The notes under the pieces are model-generated. The model was not told the DNA's origin and made no database searches. It saw only the letters and a program-made list of their open reading frames with translations. From assembly GCA_963722105.1 (NCBI GenBank), contig CAVRKQ010000004.1, positions 101,759 to 165,758 of the forward strand: a stretch of DNA of 64,000 nucleotides, given 5' to 3'. This DNA comes from an uncultured Chloroflexia bacterium. GTDB taxonomy: Bacteria > Chloroflexota > Limnocylindria > Limnocylindrales > CSP1-4. Below are positions 28,601-39,134 of this stretch, in pieces. Every line of letters begins with the position of its first letter. The stretch's first letter is position 1. A program made the position numbers and the translations under genes.

Positions 28601-28670
28601 CCAGTGAGACAGCCGGCATGGTCGAGCTTACCGCGAGCGGCCAGCGGGAAGGCTATGTCCCATGAATCCC

Positions 28671-29684
28671 TCAGGCGAACAGGCTCGCGTACCCATTGAT
28701 CGCCGGCTGCCCACCGAGGTGCGCATACAGCACGTTCGATGACCGCTCGATCTCCCCGCGGCTGACGAGGTCGATCATCCCGGCCATCGACTTTCCCTCG
28801 TAGACCGGGTCGGTGATCATCGCCTCGAGGCGGGCGGCGAGGCGCATCGCCGAGAGGGTCGACTCGTCCGGGATCCCGTAGATGCCGGCGTGGTAGCGGT
28901 CGTCGAGGAGGATCTCGTCGTCGCGCAGGTCGCGCCCGAGGCCGATCGCCTCCGCCGTGAAGCGCGCGATCCGGGCGATCTGGTCCCGCGTCTCGGCGGG
29001 CTTCGCGGACGCATCGATCCCCAGGATCCGCCGCTCCCCCGCCCCGGGCCGGTCCGCGAACCCCGCGATCATCCCGGCCTGGGTGGAGCCCGTGACCGAG
29101 CAGACGATGATCGTGTCGAAGAACACGCCGAGCTCGCGCTCCTGGACCTCGACCTCGCGGGCCCACGACGCGAACCCGAGGCCGCCGAGCGGATGGTCGG
29201 ACGCTCCCGCGGGAATCGCGTAGGGCTTGCCGCCGCCCGCCTCGACGTCCGCGAGCGCCTGCTCCCAGCTCTCCTTGAACCCGATCCCGAACCCGGCCTT
29301 CACGAGCCGCACGTCGGCGCCCATCAGCCGCGACAGCAGGATGTTGCCGACGCGGTCGTAGGTGACGTCGGGCCAGTCGACCCAGCTCTCCTGCACCAGC
29401 ACGCACTTGAGGCCGGCCACGGCGGCCGCGGCCGCGACCTGGCGGGTGTGGTTCGACTGGACGCCCCCGATCGAGACGAGCGTGTCGCAGCCCTGCGCCA
29501 GCGCGTCGGCCACCAGGTACTCGAGCTTCCGCGTCTTGTTCCCGCCGAACGCGTACGCCGAGTTCAGGTCCTCGCGCTTGGCCCAGAGCGTCGCGCCGCC
29601 GAGGTGCTTCGTCAGCCGCTCGAGCTTCTGGATCGGCGACGGCCCGATCAGGAGCGGAAAGCGCGGGTAGTCCTCGAGCCGCAT
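28671..29684 (-). CDS. acdS: 1-aminocyclopropane-1-carboxylate deaminase (PLP-dependent AcdS/DcyD family). Residues favour AcdS over D-cysteine desulfhydrase.
   Basis: [30 protein letters not shown]...[43 protein letters not shown]...[13 protein letters not shown]...[15 protein letters not shown] is near-collinear with Pseudomonas AcdS. Confidence 0.75.
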   Translation of the reverse strand: MRLEDYPRFPLLIGPSPIQKLERLTKHLGGATLWAKREDLNSAYAFGGNKTRKLEYLVADALAQGCDTLVSIGGVQSNHTRQVAAAAAVAGLKCVLVQESWVDWPDVTYDRVGNILLSRLMGADVRLVKAGFGIGFKESWEQALADVEAGGGKPYAIPAGASDHPLGGLGFASWAREVEVQERELGVFFDTIIVCSVTGSTQAGMIAGFADRPGAGERRILGIDASAKPAETRDQIARIARFTAEAIGLGRDLRDDEILLDDRYHAGIYGIPDESTLSAMRLAARLEAMITDPVYEGKSMAGMIDLVSRGEIERSSNVLYAHLGGQPAINGYASLFA

Positions 29685-29696
29685 CGCCGGAGCGTA

Positions 29697-30413
29697 CTAG
29701 CCGCGCGAGTCCTGGGGCACCCCGTCGACGGCATCGACTGCGCGCCCAAGGGTGTCGAGCGCCACGATGCTCCAGCGGGCGGGCATCGGACCGGGCGTCC
29801 AGGCGGCCCACCAGCCGTTCGCGCTCGAGGCCACGATCGAGGGCTGTCCCGGACTCCGGATCTCGACTCGAGCGATGCCCGGGCCTGTGCGGCCGACGAG
29901 ATGGCTCGCGGTGATCGGATCCTCGCCGGACCAGTTGAAGTCCGTGAACTCGAGCTCGAGGGGGTCGAGGTCTCCAGTTCCGGCGGACACGATGTGGCCG
30001 CGCTCGGCCGACACGCCACCCAGGGGGTCGACGGCCATGTCGGTGCAGCTCGCCCAACCACCACTCACATTCGCGTAGTAGTACGTCTGCAGGACGCCTC
30101 CGCCGCGAGCGTCGATCAGGTTGATGACGGCGCCAGCGGGAAGGTCAGCGCCAAGGTTCGCGCGGCACGCCTGGTCCACCCGCGGTACGAGATTCGGCGG
30201 AATGGGCACGGGTTCCGGCAGCCACTTGCCGAAAATCGCGCCGGCAAGGGGTAGCTCGCCTGCCGGCGCGGAAGACGAAGGCTCGGAAGTGGCACGCTCG
30301 GCCGACGCCGGAGGTGAACCCGGCGCCGAGGGCGGAGCGGTCAATTGGCACGCGACAACGCCGAGTAATCCCATGAGGATCGGCGCGAGGCACCAGCGAC
30401 CGACCAGACGCAC
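29697..30413 (-). CDS. Putative lipoprotein, function unknown. A GTG start gives the signal peptide MRLVGRWCLAPILMGLLGVVAC.
   Basis: Lipobox VVAC, a Pro/Ser-rich linker, then a ~170-aa domain. Confidence 0.5.
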   Translation of the reverse strand: MRLVGRWCLAPILMGLLGVVACQLTAPPSAPGSPPASAERATSEPSSSAPAGELPLAGAIFGKWLPEPVPIPPNLVPRVDQACRANLGADLPAGAVINLIDARGGGVLQTYYYANVSGGWASCTDMAVDPLGGVSAERGHIVSAGTGDLDPLELEFTDFNWSGEDPITASHLVGRTGPGIARVEIRSPGQPSIVASSANGWWAAWTPGPMPARWSIVALDTLGRAVDAVDGVPQDSRG

Positions 30414-30531
30414 GGTCGAGATGGTAGGCGGGGCCACCCGGGAACCCGGCAGCAGCGGAAACCGCGCATGCGACTCGAGCGCCACCTGGTCCTCCCGAGC
30501 CCGCCCGGTCACCGCGGGCCAGGCGGTCGGA

Positions 30532-31743
30532 TCATGGCGTCGGGCGCGACGATGGCTCGGGCGGGAACACCTCCAACGGGACGCGCTCACCATCGCTCCA
30601 GAGCTCGTATGTCGTGCCCGGGACCGTGGAGTGGAACATGCCCGTCATCCCGTCCCAGCCGATGCACACCGCCTGACCGATCCAGCGGCGGGTTCGATCC
30701 GATCCGGACGGGTCGGGGGTCCACATGTTCAGCGGCACGTCGGGCTCGGTCACGGCCACGTAGACCCATTTCGGGGCGAGCGCCGTCATGAGCTCGATCG
30801 TTGAGGGCTGAACGTTGAGCGACTCGAATGCGACCCATCGACTGCTGACGATCTCGATCCGCTCGGGATCACCCGGCTCCGGCGACGGAGTCCGCGGGAG
30901 CGAGCAGTTCTCCACCAGCTGCGGGAAGGATGCCGGCGGCGGGTCGTCCGGATCGGGCGCGGGAGCCGACGGGTCGGGGGTCGGCAGCGGGCCGCCAGCT
31001 TCGACCCAGATGATCTCGTCGATGACGAATCGATCGCGACATGCCTGGCGCAGCTCGGCCGGGCAGGCATCCGCAAGCGGGCTGTCGAAGCGACCGATGA
31101 CGGTGCTGAAGACGGGCCCAGACGGGTCGCCCGCCTCGTCCACCAGGCCGATGAGGCTGCGGCCGAGGCCGGGTGTCGGCAGCTCCGGCGAGAGGAGCGG
31201 CGTGAGCGAAGGGCCATCGGTGGGGACGAACGTGTCGCCGTCCCATGTACCGATGGGCTTCTCGTCGTCGATCAGGCCGAACTGCCCGTCGCCGCAGGCG
31301 ATGAGGAGCGGCGAAGGTGACGGCGTGCCGCAGGCCACGTCGGGTCGCAGATCCGTCCACCACCCGGCGACCAGGACCTGCTCGTCCCCGACCTCGCCGG
31401 CGGCTCGTGCCGCGAGCAGCGTGGCCACCGTATACCCGACCCATCCCGTCGACTCCGGCGTTGGCGCCGGGCTGGGCGCGGGCGGGGCGGTCGGGACCGG
31501 TGTCGCCGTGGGCGAGGGACCGAACGGCAGGATTCCGAGCTGGCCGAAGACCAGCCCGACGGCGACCGCGATCGAGGCGGCCGCAGCCAGGACCGCGATC
31601 CACGGGCGCCGGGTGCTGCGAGCGGCGCTCGTCGAGCCCCTCACCCGCAGCGCCTCGAGGGTGTCGCGGAGGCGCGGATCGGAGGCGGGCAGGTCCAGGG
31701 ACCGGAAGGCCGCGGAGAGGCGGAGGTCGAGCTCGTCGGTCAT
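30532..31743 (-). CDS. Anti-sigma-factor-like membrane protein. It has a cytoplasmic N-terminal anti-sigma helix region, one TM and a Pro-rich extracytoplasmic domain.
   Basis: MTDELDLRLSAAFRSLDLP... TM helix WIAVLAAAASIAVAVGLVF. The start overlaps the upstream ECF sigma stop (ATGA). Confidence 0.6.
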   Translation of the reverse strand: MTDELDLRLSAAFRSLDLPASDPRLRDTLEALRVRGSTSAARSTRRPWIAVLAAAASIAVAVGLVFGQLGILPFGPSPTATPVPTAPPAPSPAPTPESTGWVGYTVATLLAARAAGEVGDEQVLVAGWWTDLRPDVACGTPSPSPLLIACGDGQFGLIDDEKPIGTWDGDTFVPTDGPSLTPLLSPELPTPGLGRSLIGLVDEAGDPSGPVFSTVIGRFDSPLADACPAELRQACRDRFVIDEIIWVEAGGPLPTPDPSAPAPDPDDPPPASFPQLVENCSLPRTPSPEPGDPERIEIVSSRWVAFESLNVQPSTIELMTALAPKWVYVAVTEPDVPLNMWTPDPSGSDRTRRWIGQAVCIGWDGMTGMFHSTVPGTTYELWSDGERVPLEVFPPEPSSRPTP

Positions 31744-32306
31744 CGCTGCACCTCGTCACGGCTCGCGCCAAGCTGTGTCCGGAGGACGGACTTCGCGCGG
31801 TGGAGGCGCGATTTGACGGTTCCGGTGGGGCACTCGAGCCGCGCCGCGATGTCCTCGAGGCGCAGGTCCGCCCAGTAGTGGAGGACCACCACGACGCGGT
31901 CGTCGGGTTGGAGGGCCTGGAGGCCGGCGAGGATCGCGTCGCGCTCGCCGATGGCGCCGAAGACGTCCCGAACCGGCACGGTGTCGTGGGTCGAATCGAT
32001 CGGAATGAACCGGAGGACCTTCCGTCGCCGCATTCGGTCGCGGCAGCCGTTGACCAGGATCCGATCGAACCAGGCCTCGAACCCCGCGGCGTCGCGAAGG
32101 CTTCCGGCGGAGTTCCACGCCCGCAGGAGTGCGTCCTGGACCGCGTCCTCTGCCTCGGTGCCATCGCCCAGGACGAGCCCAGCAAGCCGGTACGCGCGAT
32201 CCATCCCGCTTCCGGCAAGCCGAAGGAAGCGCTCGTGGACGTCGTCCAGTGCGGCGGGCGCTACTCCCGGCTGGGTCGTGCGGCGCTGGACCACGGGCTG
32301 CTCCAT
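31740..32306 (-). CDS. ECF (sigma-70 family) RNA polymerase sigma factor.
   Basis: Region 2 (DAVQDALLRAWNS...FEAWFDRILVNGCRD) and region 4 (RVVVVLHYWADLRLEDIAARLECPTGTVKSRLHRAK). Confidence 0.8.
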   Translation of the reverse strand: MEQPVVQRRTTQPGVAPAALDDVHERFLRLAGSGMDRAYRLAGLVLGDGTEAEDAVQDALLRAWNSAGSLRDAAGFEAWFDRILVNGCRDRMRRRKVLRFIPIDSTHDTVPVRDVFGAIGERDAILAGLQALQPDDRVVVVLHYWADLRLEDIAARLECPTGTVKSRLHRAKSVLRTQLGASRDEVQR

Positions 32307-32474
32307 CGACCATCCAGACGAGTCAGCTCGACGGAAGGTTCGACCTCGTGGGATCGAGAGTAGGCAGTCGTCGGCGCGCTCGGTTCAACCGCCGCACCAT
32401 TGGAGGCTCCAATATGCAGGCACGGGACCTCGCAATGCATTGACTGCTGCCACCTTTCTGCATATCGTGCCGGG

Positions 32475-32717
32475 ATGAGAAAGCACACCACGATCGACCT
32501 GGACGTCGATCTGGTCCGCAAAGCCGCCGAAGCACTCGGGACGACCAGGACCACCGACACGGTCCATGCCGCACTGTCCGATGTGGTACGAAGGCGCTTG
32601 CGGATGGAGATCGCCAGCCTTCGCCCTGCGCTGACCCTCGAGGACCTCGATGCGATGCGGTCGCACCGATTTGCGGAGGACAAGGCGCCGTACGGGTCGG
32701 ACGTCGACGGTGGTTGA
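32475..32717 (+). CDS. vapB: Type II antitoxin (VapB family; MRKHTTIDLD... ribbon-helix type).
   Basis: MRKHTTIDLDVDLVRKAAEALGTTRTTDTVHAALSDVV. Its stop overlaps the PIN toxin start. Confidence 0.7.
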   Translation: MRKHTTIDLDVDLVRKAAEALGTTRTTDTVHAALSDVVRRRLRMEIASLRPALTLEDLDAMRSHRFAEDKAPYGSDVDGG

Positions 32718-33123
32718 GATCTGGGACACGAGTGCGCTGATCCTTGCTGCTCGCGAGCCGACCGCCGGGCGCGACCTGACGGACGCGCTGGCGGATGATG
32801 CGGTCGCGGTAACGGAGCCCATCGTCCTTGAATACCTGAACGGCGCCCGCCAGCTCATTGAATACGAAGCCTTCAGCGTCAGACTGCAGGCCGCCAAGGT
32901 GATCACGACGACGCCCGAGGATTGGCAGCGTGCGCTGAGCGTCCATCGCGCACTCGCGGCGAGCGGCCCGGGGCATCAGCGAAGCGTTCGGCTCGTCGAC
33001 CTGATCGTCGCCGCCGTCGCCGAACGCGCCGACCTTCCGATCGTGCATCTTGACAAGGACTACGAGCGGATCGCCGCGATCACGGGGCAGCCGATCCGCC
33101 GTCTCGTGACCACGACGTCGTGA
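32710..33123 (+). CDS. vapC: PIN-domain ribonuclease toxin VapC.
   Basis: (M)VEIWDTSALILAAREP...VTEPIVLEYLNG...VDLIVAAVAERADLPIVHLDKDYERIA carries the PIN acidic residues. Confidence 0.75.
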   Translation: MVEIWDTSALILAAREPTAGRDLTDALADDAVAVTEPIVLEYLNGARQLIEYEAFSVRLQAAKVITTTPEDWQRALSVHRALAASGPGHQRSVRLVDLIVAAVAERADLPIVHLDKDYERIAAITGQPIRRLVTTTS

Positions 33124-33337
33124 ATCCGCATCGACGCCGCAAGCGATTGCCCAGCGCCCGGGAGGCAGATGCCCGGCGCTTGCGCAGGCTCCCGCAGGCA
33201 GACAACCAGGAGCGGCGCGATCGCGCGCTCGAGCTGGACGCCGCTGACAACCGGGCGTGGACAGAGGATTCGCTTCCGCTCACGGCCTCGCTGTGGTCGC
33301 GCTTGGAGTGGTAGGCCGCACCTAGACTCGCGCCGAG

Positions 33338-34378
33338 ATGCGAGCGGTCATGTTCGAAGCCTTCGGGGAGCCGGCGGCCATCCGCTCCGTGCCTGATCCC
33401 TCGCCACCCGCGGATGGCGTCGTCGTCAAAGTCGAGGCAACTGGCCTGTGCCGGTCGGACTGGCACGGCTGGATGGGCCACGACCCGGACATTCCCCTGC
33501 CCCACGTGCCGGGCCACGAGCTGGCCGGGACGATCGTGGAGGTCGGATTGGGCGTCCGGAAATGGAAGCCGGGCGATCGGATCGTCGTGCCGTTCATCTG
33601 CGCGTGTGGCGTCTGCGAGCCCTGTCTCGCCGGCGACCACCAGGTCTGCGACGACCAGTTCCAGCCGGGCTTCACGCACTGGGGCTCGTTCGCGGAGCTC
33701 GTTGCGCTGCACCGCGCAGACGTCAACCTCGTCCGCCTGCCCGACGAGCTCGACTTCGTGACGGCGGCTGGCCTCGGCTGCCGGTTCGCGACGGCCCATC
33801 GCGCGGTCATGCGGCAGGGCCGGGTCGCGCCGGGCGAGTGGGTGGCCGTGCACGGCTGCGGCGGCGTCGGGCTCTCGGCGGTGATGATCGCGGTCGCGGC
33901 CGGCTCGCGCGTCGTCGCGATCGATGTCTCCGAGCGCGCCCTCGCATCAGCCGTCGAGCTTGGGGCGACGGCGACCGTCGATGCCGCCGCCGTCGCAGAC
34001 GTCGCGGGAGCCATCAAGGCGCTCACCGGTGGCGGCGCCCACCTGTCGATCGACGCCCTCGGCAGCGCTTCGACGGCTTTCAACTCGATCGCCGGCCTGC
34101 GCAAGCGCGGGCGGCACGTCCAGGTCGGGCTGATGGTCGGCCCGGACGCGCGAGCGCCCATCCCGATGGACGTCGTCATCGCCCGCGAGCTCGAGATCCT
34201 CGGGAGCCACGGCATGGCCGCCCACGACTACGCCGCGATGCTCGCCGACATCACCTCGGGCCGGCTGGATCCCGCCCGACTCGTCGGTCGAACGATCTCC
34301 CTCGACGAGGCGCCCGCCGCGCTGATGGCGATGGACCAACCGCAACCAGTCGCCGGCATGACGGTCATCGTTCCTTGA
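33338..34378 (+). CDS. Zinc-dependent alcohol dehydrogenase (MDR superfamily).
   Basis: [13 protein letters not shown]...[13 protein letters not shown], structural-Zn Cys cluster [17 protein letters not shown], Rossmann motif [19 protein letters not shown]. Confidence 0.85.
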   Translation: MRAVMFEAFGEPAAIRSVPDPSPPADGVVVKVEATGLCRSDWHGWMGHDPDIPLPHVPGHELAGTIVEVGLGVRKWKPGDRIVVPFICACGVCEPCLAGDHQVCDDQFQPGFTHWGSFAELVALHRADVNLVRLPDELDFVTAAGLGCRFATAHRAVMRQGRVAPGEWVAVHGCGGVGLSAVMIAVAAGSRVVAIDVSERALASAVELGATATVDAAAVADVAGAIKALTGGGAHLSIDALGSASTAFNSIAGLRKRGRHVQVGLMVGPDARAPIPMDVVIARELEILGSHGMAAHDYAAMLADITSGRLDPARLVGRTISLDEAPAALMAMDQPQPVAGMTVIVP

Positions 34379-34391
34379 TGCGCGAGGGTCG

Positions 34392-35471
34392 CTAGGCGAC
34401 TGGCTGTGCCACGAGCGGCCCGATGACCGAGGCCGCCTTCTCGATGTCGGCCTCGTCGTTGTAGACGTGCGTCGAGAAGCGGATGGCGGTCCCGCGGAAG
34501 GCCGCCTTGATGCGGTGCTCGTCGAGCGCGGCGCGGACGAGCTCGGCGTCGTCGATGCGCGGGCACACGAGGGTCGCGCCGCCCCACGGGATGCCGAACC
34601 GGTCCGCGAGCTGCCGTGCCAGCGCCACGGGCTCCTCGAGCCACCCGGCCTCCTGCCACTGGACGAGCAGCTCCAGCGATTCGGCCGCGCCGATCCAGGG
34701 ATGCCACGCGAGCGAGGCGTCGTACTGCGCGGCGCCGTCGGCGAGCTGCAGCGGCCCGCCGAAGAACTGCGTGTACGGGTTGTCCGACGCGCGCCAGCTC
34801 GAGACGATCGGCGGCAGCGGCCCGATGTGATCCTCGCGCAGGACCATGAACGACACGCCGCGCGGGCAGAGCAGGTGCTTGTACCCGTGGACGAGGTTGT
34901 AGTCGATGCGGTCGACGACGTCCCCGAGGTCGACGAACGGGACGCCGTGCGTCGCGTCGAGCAGCACCTGCGCCCCGACGGTCTCGGCGCGATCGACGAT
35001 CTCGCGGACGGGCAGCACCCGCCCGGTCTGCATCTGGACGAGGCTGAGCGCGACGAGCTTCGTGCCGGGGATGATCGCCTCGACCAGTCGGTCGATGTCC
35101 TCCACCTCGACGAGATCGACGCCCCTGTCGCGCGCCACCAGCAGCGGATAGAGGACGGACCGGAACTCAGCCGCCGGGGCGACCACCCGGTCGCCAGGCT
35201 GGAGCGCGGCGGCCACGACCCCCACACCGACCGAAACGGTCGGGAGCAGCGCGACCCGGCTCGGCGTCACGTGCATCAGGCGCGCAAAGGCAACGCGCGC
35301 GCGTTCCGACTGCTTGTCCCACTCGACCCACTTGCCCGTGCCGTCGACCCACTCGTCGTGCGCCCGGCGCATCGCGTCAGTCGTCGGGTCCGGCGGCAGC
35401 CCGTAGGTCGCGGTGTCGAGGAAGGTCAGGCCCGGCGCGGGATGGAACAGCGCCCGGATGCTGGGTTCCAC
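34392..35471 (-). CDS. Class-V aminotransferase (PLP-dependent, cysteine-desulfurase/IPN-epimerase-like).
   Basis: FLDTATYGLPP...VALSLVQMQTGRVLPV...QVLLDATHGVPFVDLGDV...YNLVHGYKHLLCPRGVSFM. Confidence 0.8.
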   Translation of the reverse strand: MEPSIRALFHPAPGLTFLDTATYGLPPDPTTDAMRRAHDEWVDGTGKWVEWDKQSERARVAFARLMHVTPSRVALLPTVSVGVGVVAAALQPGDRVVAPAAEFRSVLYPLLVARDRGVDLVEVEDIDRLVEAIIPGTKLVALSLVQMQTGRVLPVREIVDRAETVGAQVLLDATHGVPFVDLGDVVDRIDYNLVHGYKHLLCPRGVSFMVLREDHIGPLPPIVSSWRASDNPYTQFFGGPLQLADGAAQYDASLAWHPWIGAAESLELLVQWQEAGWLEEPVALARQLADRFGIPWGGATLVCPRIDDAELVRAALDEHRIKAAFRGTAIRFSTHVYNDEADIEKAASVIGPLVAQPVA

Positions 35472-35621
35472 GGCCCGAGTCTACGACGCGATGCATCTGT
35501 AACCGCCCAACAGGACTTCCGCGTAGCCGTCCGCGCCCCGATGGGGGATGCGGACGCAATGCGGCCTTCCTACGATCAAAGGCACGACCGTACCGCCCCG
35601 GTGCGGCCCCGGGGGACCCCG

Positions 35622-36315
35622 ATGCCTGACCGATCCATCCGCCTCGTGATGGTCGAATCGCGCCCGCTCATGGGAACGGGCGTCCGCGAGGTGCTCGACC
35701 GCGCAGCGGGCATCGAGGTCGTCGGCCAGGTCGGCTCGGCAGACGAGGCCCGCGAGGTGGTCGACTCGACGGCGCCAGATGTCGTCCTCATCGACACCTC
35801 CCTCGAGGAGCCTTCAGGGAGCGTGGCGACGCGTCGGCTGCGACGTGAGACGCCCGACGCTGCCTTCGTCGTCCTCGGCGGCCACGACGACGATGCGAGC
35901 ATCATCGAGGCCGTGGAGATCGGCGCCAGGGCCCACATCTCCGAGGTCGCCCAGCCGGCCGAGCTCGTCGAGATCATCCGCCGCGTGGCCTTCGGCGACT
36001 ATCCGTTGCACGACGAGCTCCAGGACCGGCCCGACCTCCTCGAGCGCGTCCTCGCTGACCTCCGCGACACGCCGACGGTCGCCGACGGCGAGCCCAACCC
36101 GCTGACGCCGCACGAGATCGAGCTCCTGCAGCACGTCGCGAAGGGTCTGAAGAACCGGGAGATCGCCGAGCGCTTCGAGGTCGCCGAGCAGACGGTCAAG
36201 AATTCAGCTTCGCGGGGCGATGCGGAAGCTGGGCGCGCCGAACCGGACGCAGGCGGTGCTCGCGGCGATGCGGCACGACTGGCTGGTCGTCCCGGAGGCC
36301 GACGAGCCGACCTAG
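35622..36315 (+). CDS. NarL/FixJ-family response regulator (REC plus LuxR HTH). One frame change lies at a G-run near 36214.
   Basis: IRLVMVESRPLMGTGVREVLD...DVVLIDTSLEEP...LTPHEIELLQHVAKGLKNREIAERFEVAEQTVKN | ..MRKLGAPNRTQAVLAAM. Confidence 0.75.
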
Positions 36316-36325
36316 CGCCTCCTTC

Positions 36326-38376
36326 TCATTCCCCCGCGAGCGCCGTCACCAGCTCGACCATCTCCTGGCCGTACCGCGCGAGTCGGGACGGACCCATGCC
36401 CTTGATGCGGCGCAGCGCCGGGATGGTGGTCGGGCGCTGGTCGACGATCTCGATCAGCAGCGAGTCCGGCGCGATGACGTAGGCCGGCACGCCATCCGAC
36501 CGCGCGGTATCGAGCCGCCACTCCCGCAGCGCCGTCATCAGCGGGCTGTCCTCGTCGCGAGCGCGGCGCGGCGCAGGGAGCGGCGCGCCGGGCACGATCG
36601 TGACTCGGCGGGCCGGGCGATCCCCCAGCGCGGCGAGGAACTCGCTGGGCCGGCGCCGTGTCTCGCGATCGCCCTGGCCGAGGCGCTTCTCCGCCCACGA
36701 CAGCGCGAGGTGGCGCCGGGCGCGCGTCAGCCCCACGTACAGCAGCCGGCGCTCCTCGGCGAGCTCGTCGTCCGACTCCGCCTGGCGGATCGGCAGCGTC
36801 CCGTCCTCGAGCTGCGGCAGCAGGACCGCGTCCCACTCGAGGCCCTTGGCGCGGTGGAGCGTCAGGAGGTTCACGCCGTCGGCCTGCGCCCTCGCCCTCC
36901 GCGGCGGCCCGGCGCGTCGAACTCGGCCGCCAGCGCCGCCCGATCGAGGTCGTGCCGAGCCGCGACCGCCTCGCCCGCGATCTCCAGCAGCAGCGCCAGC
37001 GAGGCCGTGCGCTCGCGCGCCTCCGCTCCTGCGCGCGACGGCGGCCCGCCCGCGGCTCCCGCGCCGCTCGAGTCGTCCTCGAACCCGAGCTCCGACGCGC
37101 AGCCGCGCGTCGAACGCGGCCAGCAGCATCGAGCCGACGGCGTCCTCCGGCAGGCGTCGCAGCAGGCGCAGCGCGTCGCGGATCTCCGGGCGCTGGAAGA
37201 ACCGCTGGCCGCGGACGCGGAACGGGATCCGGGCCTTCGTCAGCGCGGCCTCGATCGGGTGGGATCTGGGCGTTGATGCGAACGAGGATCGCGATCTCCG
37301 ACGCCGCGATCCCCTCCCCCACGAGGCGTCCGATCGTCGCGACCAGGTGCGCGAGCTCCGCATCGGCGTCGGCGAAGCGATCGATCGAGGGCTTCGGCCC
37401 GGCGGGCATCGTGGCCACGAGCTGCTTCCGGCGGCCCTCGGCGGCGAGCAGCCGGTTCGCGAGCGCGAGGATCTGCGGCGAGCTCCGGTAGTTGCGCGAG
37501 AGCGTGATCTCGCGGGCGTCGGGATGGCGTGCCGCGAAGCCGGTCAGGTAGTCGGGCGTGGCGCCGGTGAAGGTGTAGATCGTCTGGTCGGCATCGCCGA
37601 CGACGCAGAGGTCGCGCGACTCGCCGAGCCACAGCTCCAGCAGGCGCTCCTGGAGCGGGTTCGTGTCCTGGTACTCGTCGACGCTGATCCAGGTCTTCTG
37701 GGCCTGGACGGTCTCGGCGGCGTCCGGGTCGGTCTCGAGCAGGCTCGACCGTCAGCGAGAGCATGTCGTCGAAGTCGATCCGGCTCGTTGCGCTCCTTGG
37801 CGCGCTCGTAGTCGGCGTAGATGCGCGCGAACAGGTCGGCCGGGATCGGCGGCTCGCGGCCGGCCGCCGGGGCCTCGGCCTCGTAGCGCCGGGGCCGGAT
37901 GCGGCGGGCCTTGGCCCACTCGATCGCGTCGGCGATGTCCTTGGAGGGCGTGAAGCGGTAGTGGCCGGGCAGCTGCCGGGCGAGCCGGCGATGATCAGCG
38001 GCGCTTGGAGTCGAGGATCTCGGGCAGCGGCGCGCCGTCGTGGCGGCTGGGCCAGAAGTGTCGTAGCTGGCTCAGCGCGTGGGCGTGGAACGTCCGCGCC
38101 ATGACCCCGGGCAGGCCGAGCGCCCGCATCCGCTCGACCATCTCCGTCGGCGGCCTTGTCCGTGAAGGTGACGAGGAGCACCTTGTCCGCGGGCACGGCG
38201 TTCGTCGCGATGGCGTGCGCCGCGCGGCGGCTGATCACCCGCGTCTTGCCGGTGCCCGCGCCGGCGAGGATCGCGACGGGGCCGTCGACGAGCCGAACGG
38301 CCTCGAGCTGCTCCGGGTCGAGGTCGCGCAGGAGCGCCTCGGCGTCAGGCTGGGGCATGCCTCGAAGGGTAGGCAT
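36326..38376 (-). CDS. uvrD: UvrD/PcrA-type superfamily-1 DNA helicase with a C-terminal HRDC-like domain (UvrD2-like). It needs at least 3 frame changes, so it is either a pseudogene or an indel-error artefact.
   Basis: N-terminus LDPEQLEAVRLVDGPVAILAGAGTGKTRVISRRAAHAI...VLLVTFTDKAA. Later TEMVERMRALGLPGVMARTFHAHALSQ and LARQLPGHYRFTPSKDIADAIEWAKARRI lie in other frames. C-terminus TALREWRLDTARSDGVPAYVIAPDSLLIEIVDQRPTTIPALRRIKGMGPSRLARYGQEMVELV. Confidence 0.7.
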
Positions 38377-38475
38377 GCCGGCTCAACGCGCGGTCATCAG
38401 GCTGCGACCCTCCGGCCTCGTTGACATACCGCCGGGTCGAGAGCCATACTTTGCGTTGTCAAGTAGGTATCGAAG

Positions 38476-38742
38476 GTGGCATGCATGGCGAGCACGGTCG
38501 GCGAGCGGGGCCAGGTCACGATCGAAAAGGCGATTCGCGAGGAACTGGGCGTCTACGCGGGGGATGTCGCCGTCCAGCGGGTCGAGGACGGCAAGGTCGT
38601 GATCGAGTTCGTCCCGGCGCCGCATCGCCGCTCGCTTGCTGGCGCGCTGCGTGACAAGGTCGGTCGAATGCCGGCGGACCAGACGTGGTCCGCCCTTCGA
38701 CACGTCGCGGAGAGCACGCCGGATCCGGATCGCAAGCCTTGA
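38476..38742 (+). CDS. vapB: AbrB/SpoVT-domain type II antitoxin.
   Basis: MASTVGERGQVTIEKAIREELGVYAGDVAVQRVEDGKVVIEFV is a swapped-hairpin fold. Its stop overlaps the downstream TTG start. Confidence 0.65.
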   Translation: MACMASTVGERGQVTIEKAIREELGVYAGDVAVQRVEDGKVVIEFVPAPHRRSLAGALRDKVGRMPADQTWSALRHVAESTPDPDRKP

Positions 38743-39134
38743 TCGGGGTCGATACGTCGGTCGTCGTCCGCTATCTCGTCGGCGAGCCGCCCGACCAGGC
38801 CAAGCGGGCGGCGGTGATCATCGACGGCGACGCGGACGTCGGGATCTCGATCCTCGTGATCGTCGAGGCCGCGCACGTCCTCCGTTCGAACTACGAGCTC
38901 GCCCGCTCGGACATCCTCGACGCCCTGATCGACCTCGTGTCGAGGACGAATCTCATCCCGCTCGAGCTCTCGAAGGCGGATGTCATGGACGCCCTCGTGC
39001 GCGCCCGCGCGTTCCCCTCGTCGCCGCTCCAGGACGCGCTCATCGCGGCCAGTGCGCGCGCATTCGGGGCGCTGCCGGTCTTCACGTTCGACGAGCGCTT
39101 CGGGCGGCTCGGATCCGCCGTCGCCTCGCCCTAA
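38739..39134 (+). CDS. vapC: PIN-domain toxin VapC (TTG start).
   Basis: (M)IGVDTSVVVRYLVGEPPDQ...ILVIVEAAHVLRS...ALPVFTFDERFGRLG. Confidence 0.7.
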   Translation: MIGVDTSVVVRYLVGEPPDQAKRAAVIIDGDADVGISILVIVEAAHVLRSNYELARSDILDALIDLVSRTNLIPLELSKADVMDALVRARAFPSSPLQDALIAASARAFGALPVFTFDERFGRLGSAVASP

